Positions 1 through 11,700 of a DNA stretch of 41,613 bases are shown in pieces; position 1 is the stretch's first letter; every line of letters begins with the position of its first letter. Under the pieces are notes generated by a model. The model did not search any database, was not told the origin of the DNA, and saw only the letters and a program-made list of their open reading frames with translations. Origin of the DNA: Coniocarpon cinnabarinum (taxonomy: Eukaryota); contig JAVECO010000076.1 in assembly GCA_051942205.1 (NCBI GenBank), positions 62,001 to 103,613 of the forward strand. The letters run 5' to 3'. Both the position numbers and the translations under genes were made by a program.

Positions 1-1547
1 CATTTCTCGCAGCTCTTGACGCCCTTTTTGTCGAGGAGCTTGTCATGCATCCTCTTTTGAGCGATCTCAGTTGCGTCGCGCGTCCAGGCTAGACCCTCGC
101 GTCGTCGGTTCATCTTGGCGAAGAGGATTTCGGCGACGTATAAAGACAGTGCTGCGTCCTCGCATTCTTCGCTTCGCTTGCGCTCGAGAGCTTCGTTACC
201 GGATGGTGGGGGAGGGGGGAAGTCGGGAGAGGTTGGTAACGAGATGATCCATTGAATGATGCTGTCGATGTTTTTTAGACTAAGGTCTGCGCCTGATGGA
301 GGGTATTGTCGATTTCTCGGTGCTGGTTCGGCGTCGCGTCGAGCGCGGAGAACGGAAATGTAGACTTCTAAAGCTTCTCTGATGCGTTCGGTGCTCGCTA
401 GATGTCGTGCGTACGCAGAGCTGCATGCCACAACGTTGGGAGTGACTAGTGGTGCTTGAGGTTTGATGATGCCTGAGCTGATGTTTACGACCGCCTCATC
501 CGGGATGTTGGAGGGAAGATTTCGAAGTGCGAGCTTGAAGCTCCATTGGTACATGTTCTTGGCTTCCGCGTATTGCTGTTTGTGATCGAGGAACGAAGCA
601 TATGCGAGCCCAGCTTCCATCCGCTGCTCATCGTTGAAGCCTTTCGTCGTCAGGATGCGCTTGTAGTGAAAGACTGGATCTTCAAAAGCGCGCCAGCAGT
701 CGGTAATATCGGGACACTGCTTTCCTGACAAGGGCGGTAGAGGGACTGGATAGGGATTCTCGTCTGATCGAATGTGTTGAGGTGCATACGTCTGCCTGTC
801 TTCCGTATATGTCATGTAGCCCTCGCGCATCTCAGCGCCCTTGGCCATTCCCATCATAGCCTCGAAATACCCCCGTATCCACGGTTCAGACTTCATCGTA
901 ATGTCGTATCCAATGCGACTCTTCCACATGGTTTCCCCTCTCTTTAACTCTTCTGGGGTGAACATAGGAGGTGGTGTGTGCAACTCAGCGTCGTCTGCGA
1001 AGGGAAGTGATGTGTCCCAAATCTCATCTTGTAATAATAAATCACTGGGTCGATGTACGATGAACTTGTAATCTTCCAGCAACCCAACAACGTTCCGGTA
1101 GTAGCTCCCAATCTTTGACCAATCCAGCATACCCCTGCCATGACCATCCGTTTCCAACTCGTGCTTCGCGTCGCGCCAATACCACTTGACCAGAAACCGC
1201 CAGTCCGTCGGCGAAGGGTATAATCGGTCAAGCCAATCTTGTCGCAAGAACCAGTAGCAGATCATCCCACCAAAGACCACCGTCCAGCCCATGACCGTCC
1301 AGTATATACCGACCCGAATGCCATATCTGATGTTGGCCTTTTGCTCGGTGGAAAGGAGACGATTTGAGGGTGGAGCGCGACGTGAGGCAAGGAATGGAAG
1401 TTGTGGTCGTGCGGAGGAGCGTGCAAGTGCTGTGAGGCGGGGTGATTTGCTGGTGAAGAGCCTAAGGGCTGGCTTTGGAGTCTTTCGTAAAGGAAGTGGG
1501 AACAGATCTGGAAAGAGCCGCCACAGGCGGCCTCGCGGTGGATGCAT
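1..1547 (-). CDS. Conserved fungal protein, probably mitochondrial, single TM plus helical (TPR-like) C-terminal region; 3'-partial, >515 aa
   Basis: Manual translation from ATG at 1547 is stop-free to the window edge, so the ORF track missed it. Arg-rich, acid-poor N-terminus (MHPPRGRLWRLF...LRLFTSKSPRL), TM segment VGIYWTVMGWTVVFGGMICYWFL, then motifs GYDITMKSEPWIRGYFEAMMG, ILTTKGF, ISVLRARR, FPPPPPSG, CEDAALSLYVAEILFA, GLAWTRDA, recalled from a conserved Pezizomycotina family. Confidence 0.85.
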   Translation of the reverse strand, partial: MHPPRGRLWRLFPDLFPLPLRKTPKPALRLFTSKSPRLTALARSSARPQLPFLASRRAPPSNRLLSTEQKANIRYGIRVGIYWTVMGWTVVFGGMICYWFLRQDWLDRLYPSPTDWRFLVKWYWRDAKHELETDGHGRGMLDWSKIGSYYRNVVGLLEDYKFIVHRPSDLLLQDEIWDTSLPFADDAELHTPPPMFTPEELKRGETMWKSRIGYDITMKSEPWIRGYFEAMMGMAKGAEMREGYMTYTEDRQTYAPQHIRSDENPYPVPLPPLSGKQCPDITDCWRAFEDPVFHYKRILTTKGFNDEQRMEAGLAYASFLDHKQQYAEAKNMYQWSFKLALRNLPSNIPDEAVVNISSGIIKPQAPLVTPNVVACSSAYARHLASTERIREALEVYISVLRARRDAEPAPRNRQYPPSGADLSLKNIDSIIQWIISLPTSPDFPPPPPSGNEALERKRSEECEDAALSLYVAEILFAKMNRRREGLAWTRDATEIAQKRMHDKLLDKKGVKSCEK

Positions 1548-2671
1548 GTTGTCCACCGGGTATGGGTTGCAATATCAGACGATCCATTAAGGTCACTGAG
1601 ATCATTGATGATCACAACGGATAAACGTTTACCCGTGGATATCAGAAATTATTATATTTGAAGGAGCAGACTGTTGCAAATCCTCCCATCAACGAGGACA
1701 AAGCCTCTCCAATTCTTTTCCAGCCCTGCGTCTCGCTCTGATGGGCTCAATGATCAATGGTGCGATGTGGCAGCGTGGCCAGCACGAGATGTCATGTGCC
1801 TGATCCACCATCAATGTTGACAACCATATCCCGCAAGCAGGTCGTCGCGCTCACGCTTTGATCCTGAGCCGGTGAGAAAGTGAGACGATTTGGTCTTTAG
1901 CTCATCATGATCAGAAAATGTAGGCTTCACTGGCGGTTTTGACCTCTGCGGGAAATGACACAGCCAGCCATCGTCTTTGAAGAGAATTGTTACGTGAGAG
2001 AACGCCCATCATACCCTTTAAAATCAGTTGCAACTTATTCAGCAAAGATTTATCGTTTCGAAGCTCGTGTTGTAGCAATTTCACAAAGCGTGGCTTAAGC
2101 TTCAAGGTAAGAGCATGAAGCTTTTGGTGCGTGGCAAGGTATTCCGGCCTCGTATCAATGTGTTTGTTTCTGAAGGTATCAACGGTGTTGTAGGCTTCAT
2201 CGTATAATGAACCGAAACAGCATGTATTATGATAGCGTCATACGTGCTTCAAGGACCACTGCATCGTCCAGACCATAAGCAGGTGCCGCACGCTCTCATG
2301 CGGGCTGACGTATATCAATAGTCAGGCAGAGGCTGCTACCTCTTGCTGATTTCCCCAGTGCTGAAAGCAATGGCTGCAGATGATGCAACTCATCACCGAA
2401 GCGGGATATTTTTGTGTCACCCGGAGCAAACAGACGCGGATGAAAATGGCGTGTAAGCATATGCTTGCGCAGCAGATACAAACGCACTGGAAGTATGGGC
2501 AGGCAGACACAACAGCCGCATTTGGTACCACCCTTCGTTTGCTTATGACGCACGTCAGTATTTCACCAGTGCAAGACTCCAGCTATATATTACAGGCAGA
2601 AAGCGATCCGACTGCTCTCTGATCTGCTTCAACAATTCCGGCACTTTCAACAACCGGGTAAAACAACCAAG

Positions 2672-3223
2672 ATGCCATCCAACCCCGAAGCTATGCTCCA
2701 CGCTCATCGCTCGCATCTGGATCTCAACCGTCGCCATCGCGTTAAAGCTTGCATATTCGACCATCGCAACCAAGTCCAGGGCAACAATCGCGTCCGCCAT
2801 ATTCTGCTCTATCGCCGTCGCAATAGTCGAGAACCTTGGGCAGTGCCATATCGCTCCCTAGCAGGCCACAGTCAGACTTTGTATGACACCTACAAAACCA
2901 TGCTTCAAAGCCACCTGCATATCAATACAGTACCATTCTATATTGACGACTCATCGACACGTTCTGAATACCACGTCACCATTTGGTCCAAAGCCAATCC
3001 TCTGAACGCCTACAGTACGCCAATGCTCAATCGTCGTCTCAGCTCAGACTACATACTTGCTTGGGTAACTGAGAACCAATTGCGCGGGGGAAAGTATAGG
3101 ATCACTGGCGACGAGTTGGCACTGATCTTGCGAGCTTTCCGAGATGCTCGTCGTCGATGGAATACACAGTTTCATTTGTGGACACCAGCCGAAGGAGGTA
3201 GAAGGGCAAATCATCGTATCTGA
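2672..3223 (+). CDS. Hypothetical protein (183 aa), possibly a divergent Nudix-fold protein
   Basis: Intact ATG-TGA ORF. Pattern RVKACIFD...HILLYRR...WAVP...LAWVTENQL resembles the strand order of fungal Nudix proteins, but there is no GX5EX7REUXEEXG box. Confidence 0.5.
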   Translation: MPSNPEAMLHAHRSHLDLNRRHRVKACIFDHRNQVQGNNRVRHILLYRRRNSREPWAVPYRSLAGHSQTLYDTYKTMLQSHLHINTVPFYIDDSSTRSEYHVTIWSKANPLNAYSTPMLNRRLSSDYILAWVTENQLRGGKYRITGDELALILRAFRDARRRWNTQFHLWTPAEGGRRANHRI

Positions 3224-3560
3224 AGAGTCCTAAGAAGACTTCACAAACCGGAGAAATCTTGACAAAAGTCGTGACTTGATTTCAGTCTGGGCAGCGAGGC
3301 AGTGTGACACCGTTATGACAAGATGTTGAGCCATATGGAGCTGTAAGTGTAGCAACCAAGGCCCCTCACGCCCCATGAGGCGCTCAATTGTGGTGTAGCA
3401 AGGACTTCGGTTCTAGGTTCATGGTGTGGTCTGTCTGTAACGAGCAAGGGATGAAGATAGCTTTGAAGATTGGAAAACCCGCGTTTTGAGTATCAACCAT
3501 ATTTCATACGTGTATTATCCCGTCAATGAGGTCGCACCTAACCCCGACTCAGGCACACTA

Positions 3561-4175
3561 TCACTTGAGATCCCTTGACTTGCCCTTCTCAGCCGCTGTG
3601 CGCTTTGGAAACTCCCGCTCATCATCATCAGCATCACTCGACGCCCCGTCCGACTCACGCATCCGTGCCTCCTTGATCTGCGCCGCCTTCTCACGAGCTC
3701 GTTGCGCAATCCTGTCCTTAGGAGTATCCCGTTTTGAACTTTCTTCCTGCCGACCCTCGACGCTTTCCACGACGCTCTCCTCATTGCTGTGTCGCCGCTC
3801 TCGTTCCCTCGGTTGATCGCTCCTTTCCGAGTCCTGCCTACGACGCTTCTCTCCTCTCCTCTCGGGACTTGGTTCGGGGCTGCTCACGCTCAAAGGTCTG
3901 CTAGATGTGATGCCTGGAAACTCGATCTGCTTGTGTCGTGGTAACATTCGTTCATCGTTAGCGTCGACGTCGTTGAAAACTTGGTCGACTTCGTGGCCTT
4001 CATCTTTGAGAGCGCGGAAGGTAGCTGGAAAGGCCCAGTATTTAGTGCGTGTGCATTGCGAATTAGAGAAGTACGTGGATGATTGTTTCGAGCTTTCAAT
4101 GGAATGAAGAAGCTCGCGGGGGATCGCGAGGGTGCCTGGTAGAGGCCATTTTTGGGGGAAAGCAGGGCGGACCAT
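3561..4175 (-). CDS. Hypothetical protein with a highly charged, disordered C-terminal half
   Basis: 274-codon open frame 4385-3561. Likely start is MVRPAFPQKWPLPG at 4175. R/E/S/D-rich tail with EKRRR basic cluster; no recognisable domain. Confidence 0.5.
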   Translation of the reverse strand: MVRPAFPQKWPLPGTLAIPRELLHSIESSKQSSTYFSNSQCTRTKYWAFPATFRALKDEGHEVDQVFNDVDANDERMLPRHKQIEFPGITSSRPLSVSSPEPSPERRGEKRRRQDSERSDQPRERERRHSNEESVVESVEGRQEESSKRDTPKDRIAQRAREKAAQIKEARMRESDGASSDADDDEREFPKRTAAEKGKSRDLK

Positions 4176-4657
4176 TGCGGCCTTTGCAATTTCGTAGGTG
4201 AACGATATCGGCCTGCTGACTTTGCAGAAAGTTTGAAGGGACACTGCATGGCACTTGGATAGGGAATCGTGACCCAAAGCTTCTTTGTTTGACGACGAGT
4301 GACAATCGTGATGATGGGTGCGGGTGTTCTTTGTTTGGCAGACCAAAGTTTTCTTGATGGTGTCGCTTTTCATTGCTGAATACATAATGACAAACGTGTT
4401 TCTTATGCACAGTACGAAGTTGCCTGTGTTATAGAGCGGTTCATTAAATTAGGTTTGAGTCTGAGAAGGGACGCATGTCGATGCGGCTTGGCTTCATGGA
4501 CAATGGTCCATTCACTTAGCTTAGAGTGAGTGCCTAGATACACATTGATCCGGCACAAGATCGTGGAGTCAGTGTTTGTCCAGGTGACCGAACACCCTGG
4601 TGCTGTGTGCGGTGCAGACCGAGCTGCTTGGACTCAAATAGGACTGGACACCGCAGG

Positions 4658-5988
4658 CTACTCAGCCCACCACAATACTCGTTCCTCCAGATGAACATTC
4701 ACAGCTTTTAACTCTTCACACAGGGCGGCAGACATGTTCCGCGGCCATATGAAGAAGTCAATATCCTCGCGTTCAAAGTATATGGAAACATGGCGCAAGG
4801 TTGGCAAGGCAGATGTTTTGTGGCAAGCAAGTGAGTGTAAGGTATCTTCAAGGAGCCGGATCTGTTGTAGATCTCTCCCCTGCTCCTCGTCCCACGAGGT
4901 AAAACTGACGCTAATCTTCTGGTTGTTAGCCGCCAGACTTTTCGATGGGCTCATTGTTGACTCACCTGGATCTTGATAATTTCAAGTGAAGCTGGCAGAC
5001 GCAGCATCGCAAATTCGTCTACTGTGATTATAGATGCGACCTCTTCGCTTGGCTTCGACACATTCAGAAAGAAGTCAATCGGGATCAAGACCTCACGCAA
5101 CATAACAAAGTCGCCCAAGTCGATGTTGTTGTGTGCAACACCGAACATAAACAGCTTACCCTCGGTGAGAAGCTCTAGTCGACGAGCGAAGTGAGCGATT
5201 GGCTTCAATCGATCCCTTAGGGGTTCGACGCAATCACAAACATACTTCGACATCACCACCTCTTCCAACTCGGGCAGCCATGATCGAAGGTACTGCATTG
5301 CCCTTGGGACATGCGGCCCAGTATTGATCAGTGTTTTAACACGTGAATGACCTCTGATGGAAACACCTGGATAACCAGCTTCTTCATTTTTAAAGTCTAG
5401 AGGCACCAGGCGTTTAAGGGAAAGGCTGGCGATGCGAAGCGATGGTAGACAGAAAGCCCACATTATTGAACAGTCGTCAAAGAACCGGGTGGGAATCTCT
5501 AGCTTAGTGATCGTCGACAGTAAATCAACGCCACGCAGTGCAGGGACTTGGAGTTGCTCTTTTAGGTCTTGTGGGGAAGGGCAATGAAGAGAAAAGATCG
5601 ACAGGCGCGGCAGAGCGGCCAAAATCTTCGTGAGCATGTCTTTCATTTCAATGATTTTACTTGTTTCGCATGTGTAGGCGGAGCACCTGAAGGAGAATGC
5701 ACGAACAAGTTCAGCGTATTCTGGTCGTTCTTCAATGATAGTTCTAGTGAATCGTTTGAACTTCTCGACGAAATGGTTAAGATAAGGATCTAAAGGGCGA
5801 TTGAAGTAATTTGGTAATTCATTGCATGACATTGCAACTGTGCCGTATAGGAGAGGAACACAAGCCCTGTGAAGTCGTCGGTTCACCTTGGAGAAGTCAG
5901 ATACCTCTCTGGGAGACATAAGGCCCTGAGTGATGACGTTCTGGAATAGCTCGTCGGGAAGGTGTAGCAGGCATGTCATTCTCGTCAT
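4658..5988 (-). CDS. F-box protein with LRR-like C-terminal region (~427 aa)
   Basis: N-terminal LLHLPDELFQNVI...DFSKVNRRLHRACVPLLY is a fungal F-box signature. A 47-nt intron 4965-4919 (GTGAGT...GCTAAC...CAG) joins ORF 4951-5988 in frame to ORF 4658-4954. Confidence 0.8.
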
Positions 5989-7225
5989 TGATGGGGCCTG
6001 GCAGCAAGTTGCGTTTGACTTTCATTCCACGAAGTTTCATTGTGGAGGATATTTTACCAAGAATTGGACGGGGAAGCGAAGGTGATTCTTATCACGTGAC
6101 CAATTATCTCACGTGTCTCTAGCCATGTGTAACCCAATCAAGTACACAGTTTGGTTCGTGTCGACTGCTCCGAGATACAATGATCCCTTTTTGCTGTTGC
6201 GCAAATCCACGACAGAATTTGAGGCAATGCAGTGAAAAAATACGACACCGTGGATGCAAGCCGCTTCCCTGAAATATTTTTTTTGGCTAGCATCCTTGAT
6301 CTTTGAGAACAATATCTATTCTAGACGATGTTCTGGATTCATGCACACTCGAGCAATACAATTGCGTATCTATCTCTCGATGTTACACCACCTACTTACG
6401 CCCGCCACCAATACGTGGTACCCTTAAATACTAGATGGTTCTGCAGACGCTGCCTCCGACTTCTGACCTTATTGTCAACGTAATGAAGCATGTATTTTGT
6501 CGCAGGGAAAATCTCAAGATAACAGTGATTAATTGTGAAGAATAACAAGCATCTCTGTGCGTAATAACGGGGCCTGCTTGCAAAGATGAAATAGATGTAG
6601 GTAGGGTAATTCGCAGAATTTTGCTCGCTGTTAAGGATCTGTAACTCGTCCACATCTTCTTAAGCGTGGACTCTAAATAGACGTGAGAATGTGCGACTTT
6701 TTGACGCAGGTCTGAGGAAAGGCTAAACACTTCTGGACGCAGCAAGGGGACCTTAGCCTAGACCAAGTGCGTAATCACTACACAGTCTTCCGACCCCTTG
6801 CTCACTAATCTCTAGTAAGAAGACAGGCGTTTGCAAGATATGACTCATTGATCTCCTGCTCAGACGTATTGTCCGCTGTTGTTGTTGTCTTGCTGAGCCC
6901 TTTTTAATTCACAGGCGCCGACCAGCTTTGCGCTCACTACAAAAGAGGTCCTCGGAGTATTAGCCTCAATGGGTGTCAACGACAGGCATTTGCATGCCGC
7001 TAATGCCGTCATGGGGCGTAGGTGACACCGCACCATTCAAGCTTCTGCACTCAATGCTCTATACTTTCCGGACGTCTCGTTGTCTCTTCTAAATCCCTCA
7101 TGATGCAGCTGCTCTGAGCGTAAGTACAGACTTCAGTCCTCCAACACATAGAAGGTACGAGATTTTGAAAGAGTTACGAGTTATTTAAGGTCTTGTACAA
7201 ACCAGCGAGACTATACGTCCACCAA

Positions 7226-8344
7226 ATGGAACAAGAAGGAGTCATAGAGTTTGATGTTCCTGCGGCTGGTAAAGAATGCAAGACCTGGTACAAAGTCGTC
7301 GTTAATATCAAAGTGTGTAAGCCAGCCCTACCATCAAGACTTCCACTGCACGAGTTTGAAAGCATGCCAGGCCAGTCGTGTTGTGATTACTGAAATTGCG
7401 CCACAGTCAGACATTCCCCTCATCATCGTTCATGGAGGTCCCGGCGCCGCACATGAATATCTTCAAGGCCTCGAGGCACTCCACGAGAAGCATCGCATCC
7501 CACTCATCTTCTACGACCAGATCGGCTGTGGCAACTCCACACACCTGAAAGAAAAGGCGGGCGATGAATCATTCTGGGTCGAAGACCTCTTCCATCGCGA
7601 ACTAGACAACCTTGTCGATCACCTCGGCCTGCGTGAATCAGGTTTTGACATTTTCGGTCACAGCTGGGGAGGCATGATGGGGTCGTCATATGCAGCGAAA
7701 CGCCCAGATGGCCTGCGCAGATTGATCATTGCAAATGCGCCTGCTAGTGTAGAGACGTGGCTTTGAGGCATCGATAAGTTGCGATCTCAGCTTCCTCAGA
7801 ACGTGAGAGATGTGCTTGAACGATGTGAGCGAGAAGGCAGGATGGATAGCAAGGAGTATGAAGAAGCAGTCAACGTCTTCTACGAGCGTCACCTGTGTTT
7901 GAAGCGGCCATGGCCATCAAAAGAGGTTGAGATAGCGCTTGAACATATGACTGGGGATCCGACCGTCTACAGCACCATGTCAGTCTCCATCTATTGTCGT
8001 CCTCCAGAAAGCACACTGATCTGCGTTACAGGTATGGTATTTCAGAACTGGTGGTCACCGGTAACCTGAAGGATTGGTCCGTTGTCGAGCAAGCTAGTCA
8101 CATTCAAGCGAGTACGCTTCTCATCAACGGCACCCACGACGAAGCCCAAGACGTCTGTGTCCAGCCATTCTTTGCAAAAATTCCGAAAGTAAAGTGGATC
8201 ACGCTTGAAGACGCGAGGTGGGCAATCTCCATCATACGAAGAGCATCGCTGACGGCGCCTTGCTGCAGCCACTTCGCTCATGTCGATCGCCCAGACAGTT
8301 TTGTCGAGGTCCTAGCAGGATTTCTGAAACCTCAAGGGTCTTAG
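7226..8344 (+). pseudogene. Proline iminopeptidase / proline-specific peptidase (S33, alpha/beta hydrolase) with an in-frame TGA at 7764-7766
   Basis: Motifs TWYKVV, HGGPG, FYDQIGCGNSTH, GHSWGGM, GTHDEA, ASHFAH. Introns 7313-7406 (or 7317-7410), 7979-8031 and 8218-8268 give 306 codons. A single TGA lies at codon 149 (ETWL*GIDKLR), with the same frame continuing after it. Confidence 0.85.
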
Positions 8345-8744
8345 ACCAAAGCAGTTGCCGGAACAACTTGCAGCACCTCATGAAATGTATGGGGCTTTCG
8401 CCGCTGCACTCGTAGCTTTGTGATCCAAAGGCGACACATTATAGAGGGTGCACTTGCTTGGTATATTTCCATAGCTCGCATTGAACATGCTCATGAGGGT
8501 TGAACATTGCACACTCGCTGATCACAACAGCAGCGAAACGAGATGCTCAATGCAACCTTCGGCAAACCTGGTCGACCACTAAACTCATCATTAGGTGGGT
8601 TTTGTGTAGTTGCGCTCGATCCAGTCAGTGTTCTCTACTCTACTCTCACACGATTTCTAACTGTTGGTTGGTGATTTGTTCCGGACCCTCAATGTACTTA
8701 GTAGATGCAATTAATTGGTCCTAATCAATCCTGGAAATCAAAAT

Positions 8745-11700
8745 TCAATATCTGAATCCACTTTCACCAGCTATCGCCAAGTGCTGGTCACGAGCCTGCC
8801 AAGTCCTACCGCTGATCCAGGTATCCAAATTCTCTCTTTCTCGTTCGCCGTAAAACCACTGCACGACCTGTGACAAATCTAGTCGATCTGAGAATGGTGA
8901 GCCTCGTGATACTGTGGTCCAGTGGGCAGGGATATCAACGACGGTGTCCGCTCCGTATTCGAGAAAGATCCAAAATAGCTTCGAAGTGTAGGCTTTTGGA
9001 TCTACTTTTGAATTCAATGAATCTGCTTTTAGACTCAACAAGTTTTGCAGGAAGTAAGTCCACACCGTGTACGACCCTCCTCTGACGGATATTGGATCTA
9101 GGCCCTGAACCAAAGTTGGATTAATGGGGTCATTTGGGGAGGCACCATTCTCGAACAAAAATCGCAGCAGCTCCTCATTTGCAACTGGGTCTGCACCGGC
9201 ATCAGAGAAAGATGGTGACATTGCATCACCTGCGTTCAATCGCTTTGCTGTGTTCCACCATGTCCTCTCTTCGTCTAAGTTATTTTTGTCTAATCCTCGC
9301 CACGCTCGTCCTTTTGCTCCGATCAGCAACACGGTGAGCGGCATTCCTGGGGCAAAACGCAAGGTTTGTGGATCCAATCTGATTCTATGCTGGACGTAGA
9401 GATCCAAATAGTTATCAAAGGCCAGTTGAAGAATGAGCCTGTCATCGTAAATGACCATGTCGCAAGAGAAGACGTATCTGCTCACTGGGAATGCCTGTTC
9501 CACGAAACTCCCAAGGAGCATGGCAAGTAATTCATCCAGAACAGAGGTGCAACAGCGCCCGAAAGTCCTTTCAACTTCAAAGCAACTCGAGAGCACACCC
9601 TCGAGTGCCTCAAAATTCTTATAGAGACCATGCTTCCTCCCTATTATCTTTAATTGGGCAAGGAAGCTGGCAGCAAAGTACTCTGATGGGATAAGTGTAT
9701 TAGTGAGTCGTGCGAGGAGGAGGTTTTGCACGTCTTGCTCAATGAGAAAGTCCCGGACTGTTCGATGCAAAAAGTGGACCTGGAGTGTGCAATCTTTTTC
9801 CGATGCTGGCTTCACTTCGAGAAGGTCCGTACACCGCGCTCGAATGCGATTTGCGGCTTGGCTTTCAAAGTCCGACAGCTTTCTTCCAGACCATGTATGA
9901 CTGGGCATTCTCAACGCAAAGTTGATGTCATCTTTGTCGAAGTGAGACAACGTAATGACCGAATGATTGGTTGCATCAGTTAGACAGAGTTGAAATATTC
10001 TCGCAGATTGAGACTGATAGACCTTTTCGATTGAGTTAAGCATGAGTTGGAAGTACTCGAACAGATCGGTTGGTAGTTCTCGAAGTCGATCCTGTAGCTC
10101 GTCCAGACTATCGCAATTGTCTACTCCACGCAACAGAGACTTAATAACAAGATAAACCCAAAGGAAAACTCCTTGAGCGCGTTGCACGACTTCCTAGCGA
10201 CAAATCTGTCGGTGATCGTTCTTCAAGTCATGGCAAATGTTACGAAACATGTAACCACTTACACGTTTGAGATCTTCAGAATTGACGGCAAATTCCCTCA
10301 ACCGCTGGAAACCTTGGTGGACCTAAAAGTTTACGAGTCAGTCAATTCGCACGAATGATCGATGGTATTGCCGCATCTAACACCTGCGACGAATGCCGCA
10401 AAAAGCGCCGTGTGAGGCCGTCTGGCTTTCGCCTTGCGCATGGGCAAAGATCCACTCAAGGCTGTGCTCAAATTCATCACTTCAACAGTAGATAGGAGAG
10501 CATAAGAATGGTTTGATGTTAGAGACATACCTTAAATTTGTCATTTACATACAAAGTGATGTCTCCGGCTGTCAAGTCTTCAAGTGTGATCATAGGTGAT
10601 CCAATGAAAGCTTTAAAAAGAACATTGCGCGGTCTGCTGGAAGCGCCTAAGTTCTTCTTCAGCTGTGAACTGAGTGTCTCATTTGCAGTAGCACTTACAA
10701 ATTTTGATGCTTGATGAGCTTGCGAGTTTGGTGACGATTTCTGCCACGTCACCTAGGTCACCACTGTACTCATCAAGTCCATCTACGAAGATGCAGACGC
10801 GCAGATGACTGAGTTTCTCGGCTCGCAGTAAGTCTAAGATTTCAGACAATTCGGTCATAGGCCAAGCCATGTCAAACGTCTGAGATTTCCCAGAAGAACC
10901 CTCCCTATCAAGAATTGCCTCCCATTGTCGTTGGCAGACATTTGGAATGAGCTGAGGATAGCGTGACAAAAGCTGGAATAGGATGCTTTGAAGCAAACCT
11001 TGCTGTGATTTTTGCATGAACGTCCCAACGTGCCAGAAGAAATGTCGGATGATAATCAGCTGCTTGGATCCAGACCACCTTTTGAGAGCATCATGTATGC
11101 GGCATTCCCGTGCAATGAACTTCATGAGAGTTGATTTTCCTGATCCTGCTTTACCGACTGACGACGTTCGTTAATTGGAAGAGCATCGGTCTGTACCTTC
11201 AAATGGCTTATCGATCCAAAACAGACCACTACCTTGTTCCAGCCACTTGTATAGCCCGGGAGAGCTAGCTTCTGCAGATTCTGGTGGTTTTAAAGGTCAG
11301 CACAAATGTCTTGATGGTGGAGGATCGCTAGCTGATAGATTTAGATGCATATCCTTCTATCCACACCACCTAGGGCTCAAAATTGTTTAACAACATTTGA
11401 CATACTTGTTGAGGGACTCAACAATGCCCACTGAAAGTTCCGAGCATGTGCAGATTTTACTGCCATTTCTCGATGCTGGATTTCATTGAATCTGAGCGTA
11501 CATAGTATTCTCTCGTACTTCGTCATGCTGTTGCAGGTCTGTACAAGACCGTCCATTCGGGCCTTGACGAGATTCAAGTCGGCCGAAAAACTGGTGCAAG
11601 TGTCCAGAATCCTCTGGGCCAAAGTTGTAAGCCCATCAGCTTGGGCTTTGAATGCGTCGCTACCACTTAGCTGGACTGCGTTGAAACGTGAGCAAAGGTC

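Noticed and set aside
1911..2553. Protein-like minus-strand stretches (LYDEAYNTVDTFRNKH...LQLILKG) with possible splice sites
   Set aside because: No consistent stop-free gene model or recognisable domain could be built.
6396..6745. Minus-strand fragments with VDEL and FIFASRP, faintly like NACHT Walker B/sensor motifs
   Set aside because: Needs a frameshift, has no Walker A or other motif, and the similarity is too weak.
7764..7766. Selenocysteine recoding of the peptidase TGA
   Set aside because: Non-catalytic position, no SECIS recognised, and Dikarya lack Sec machinery.
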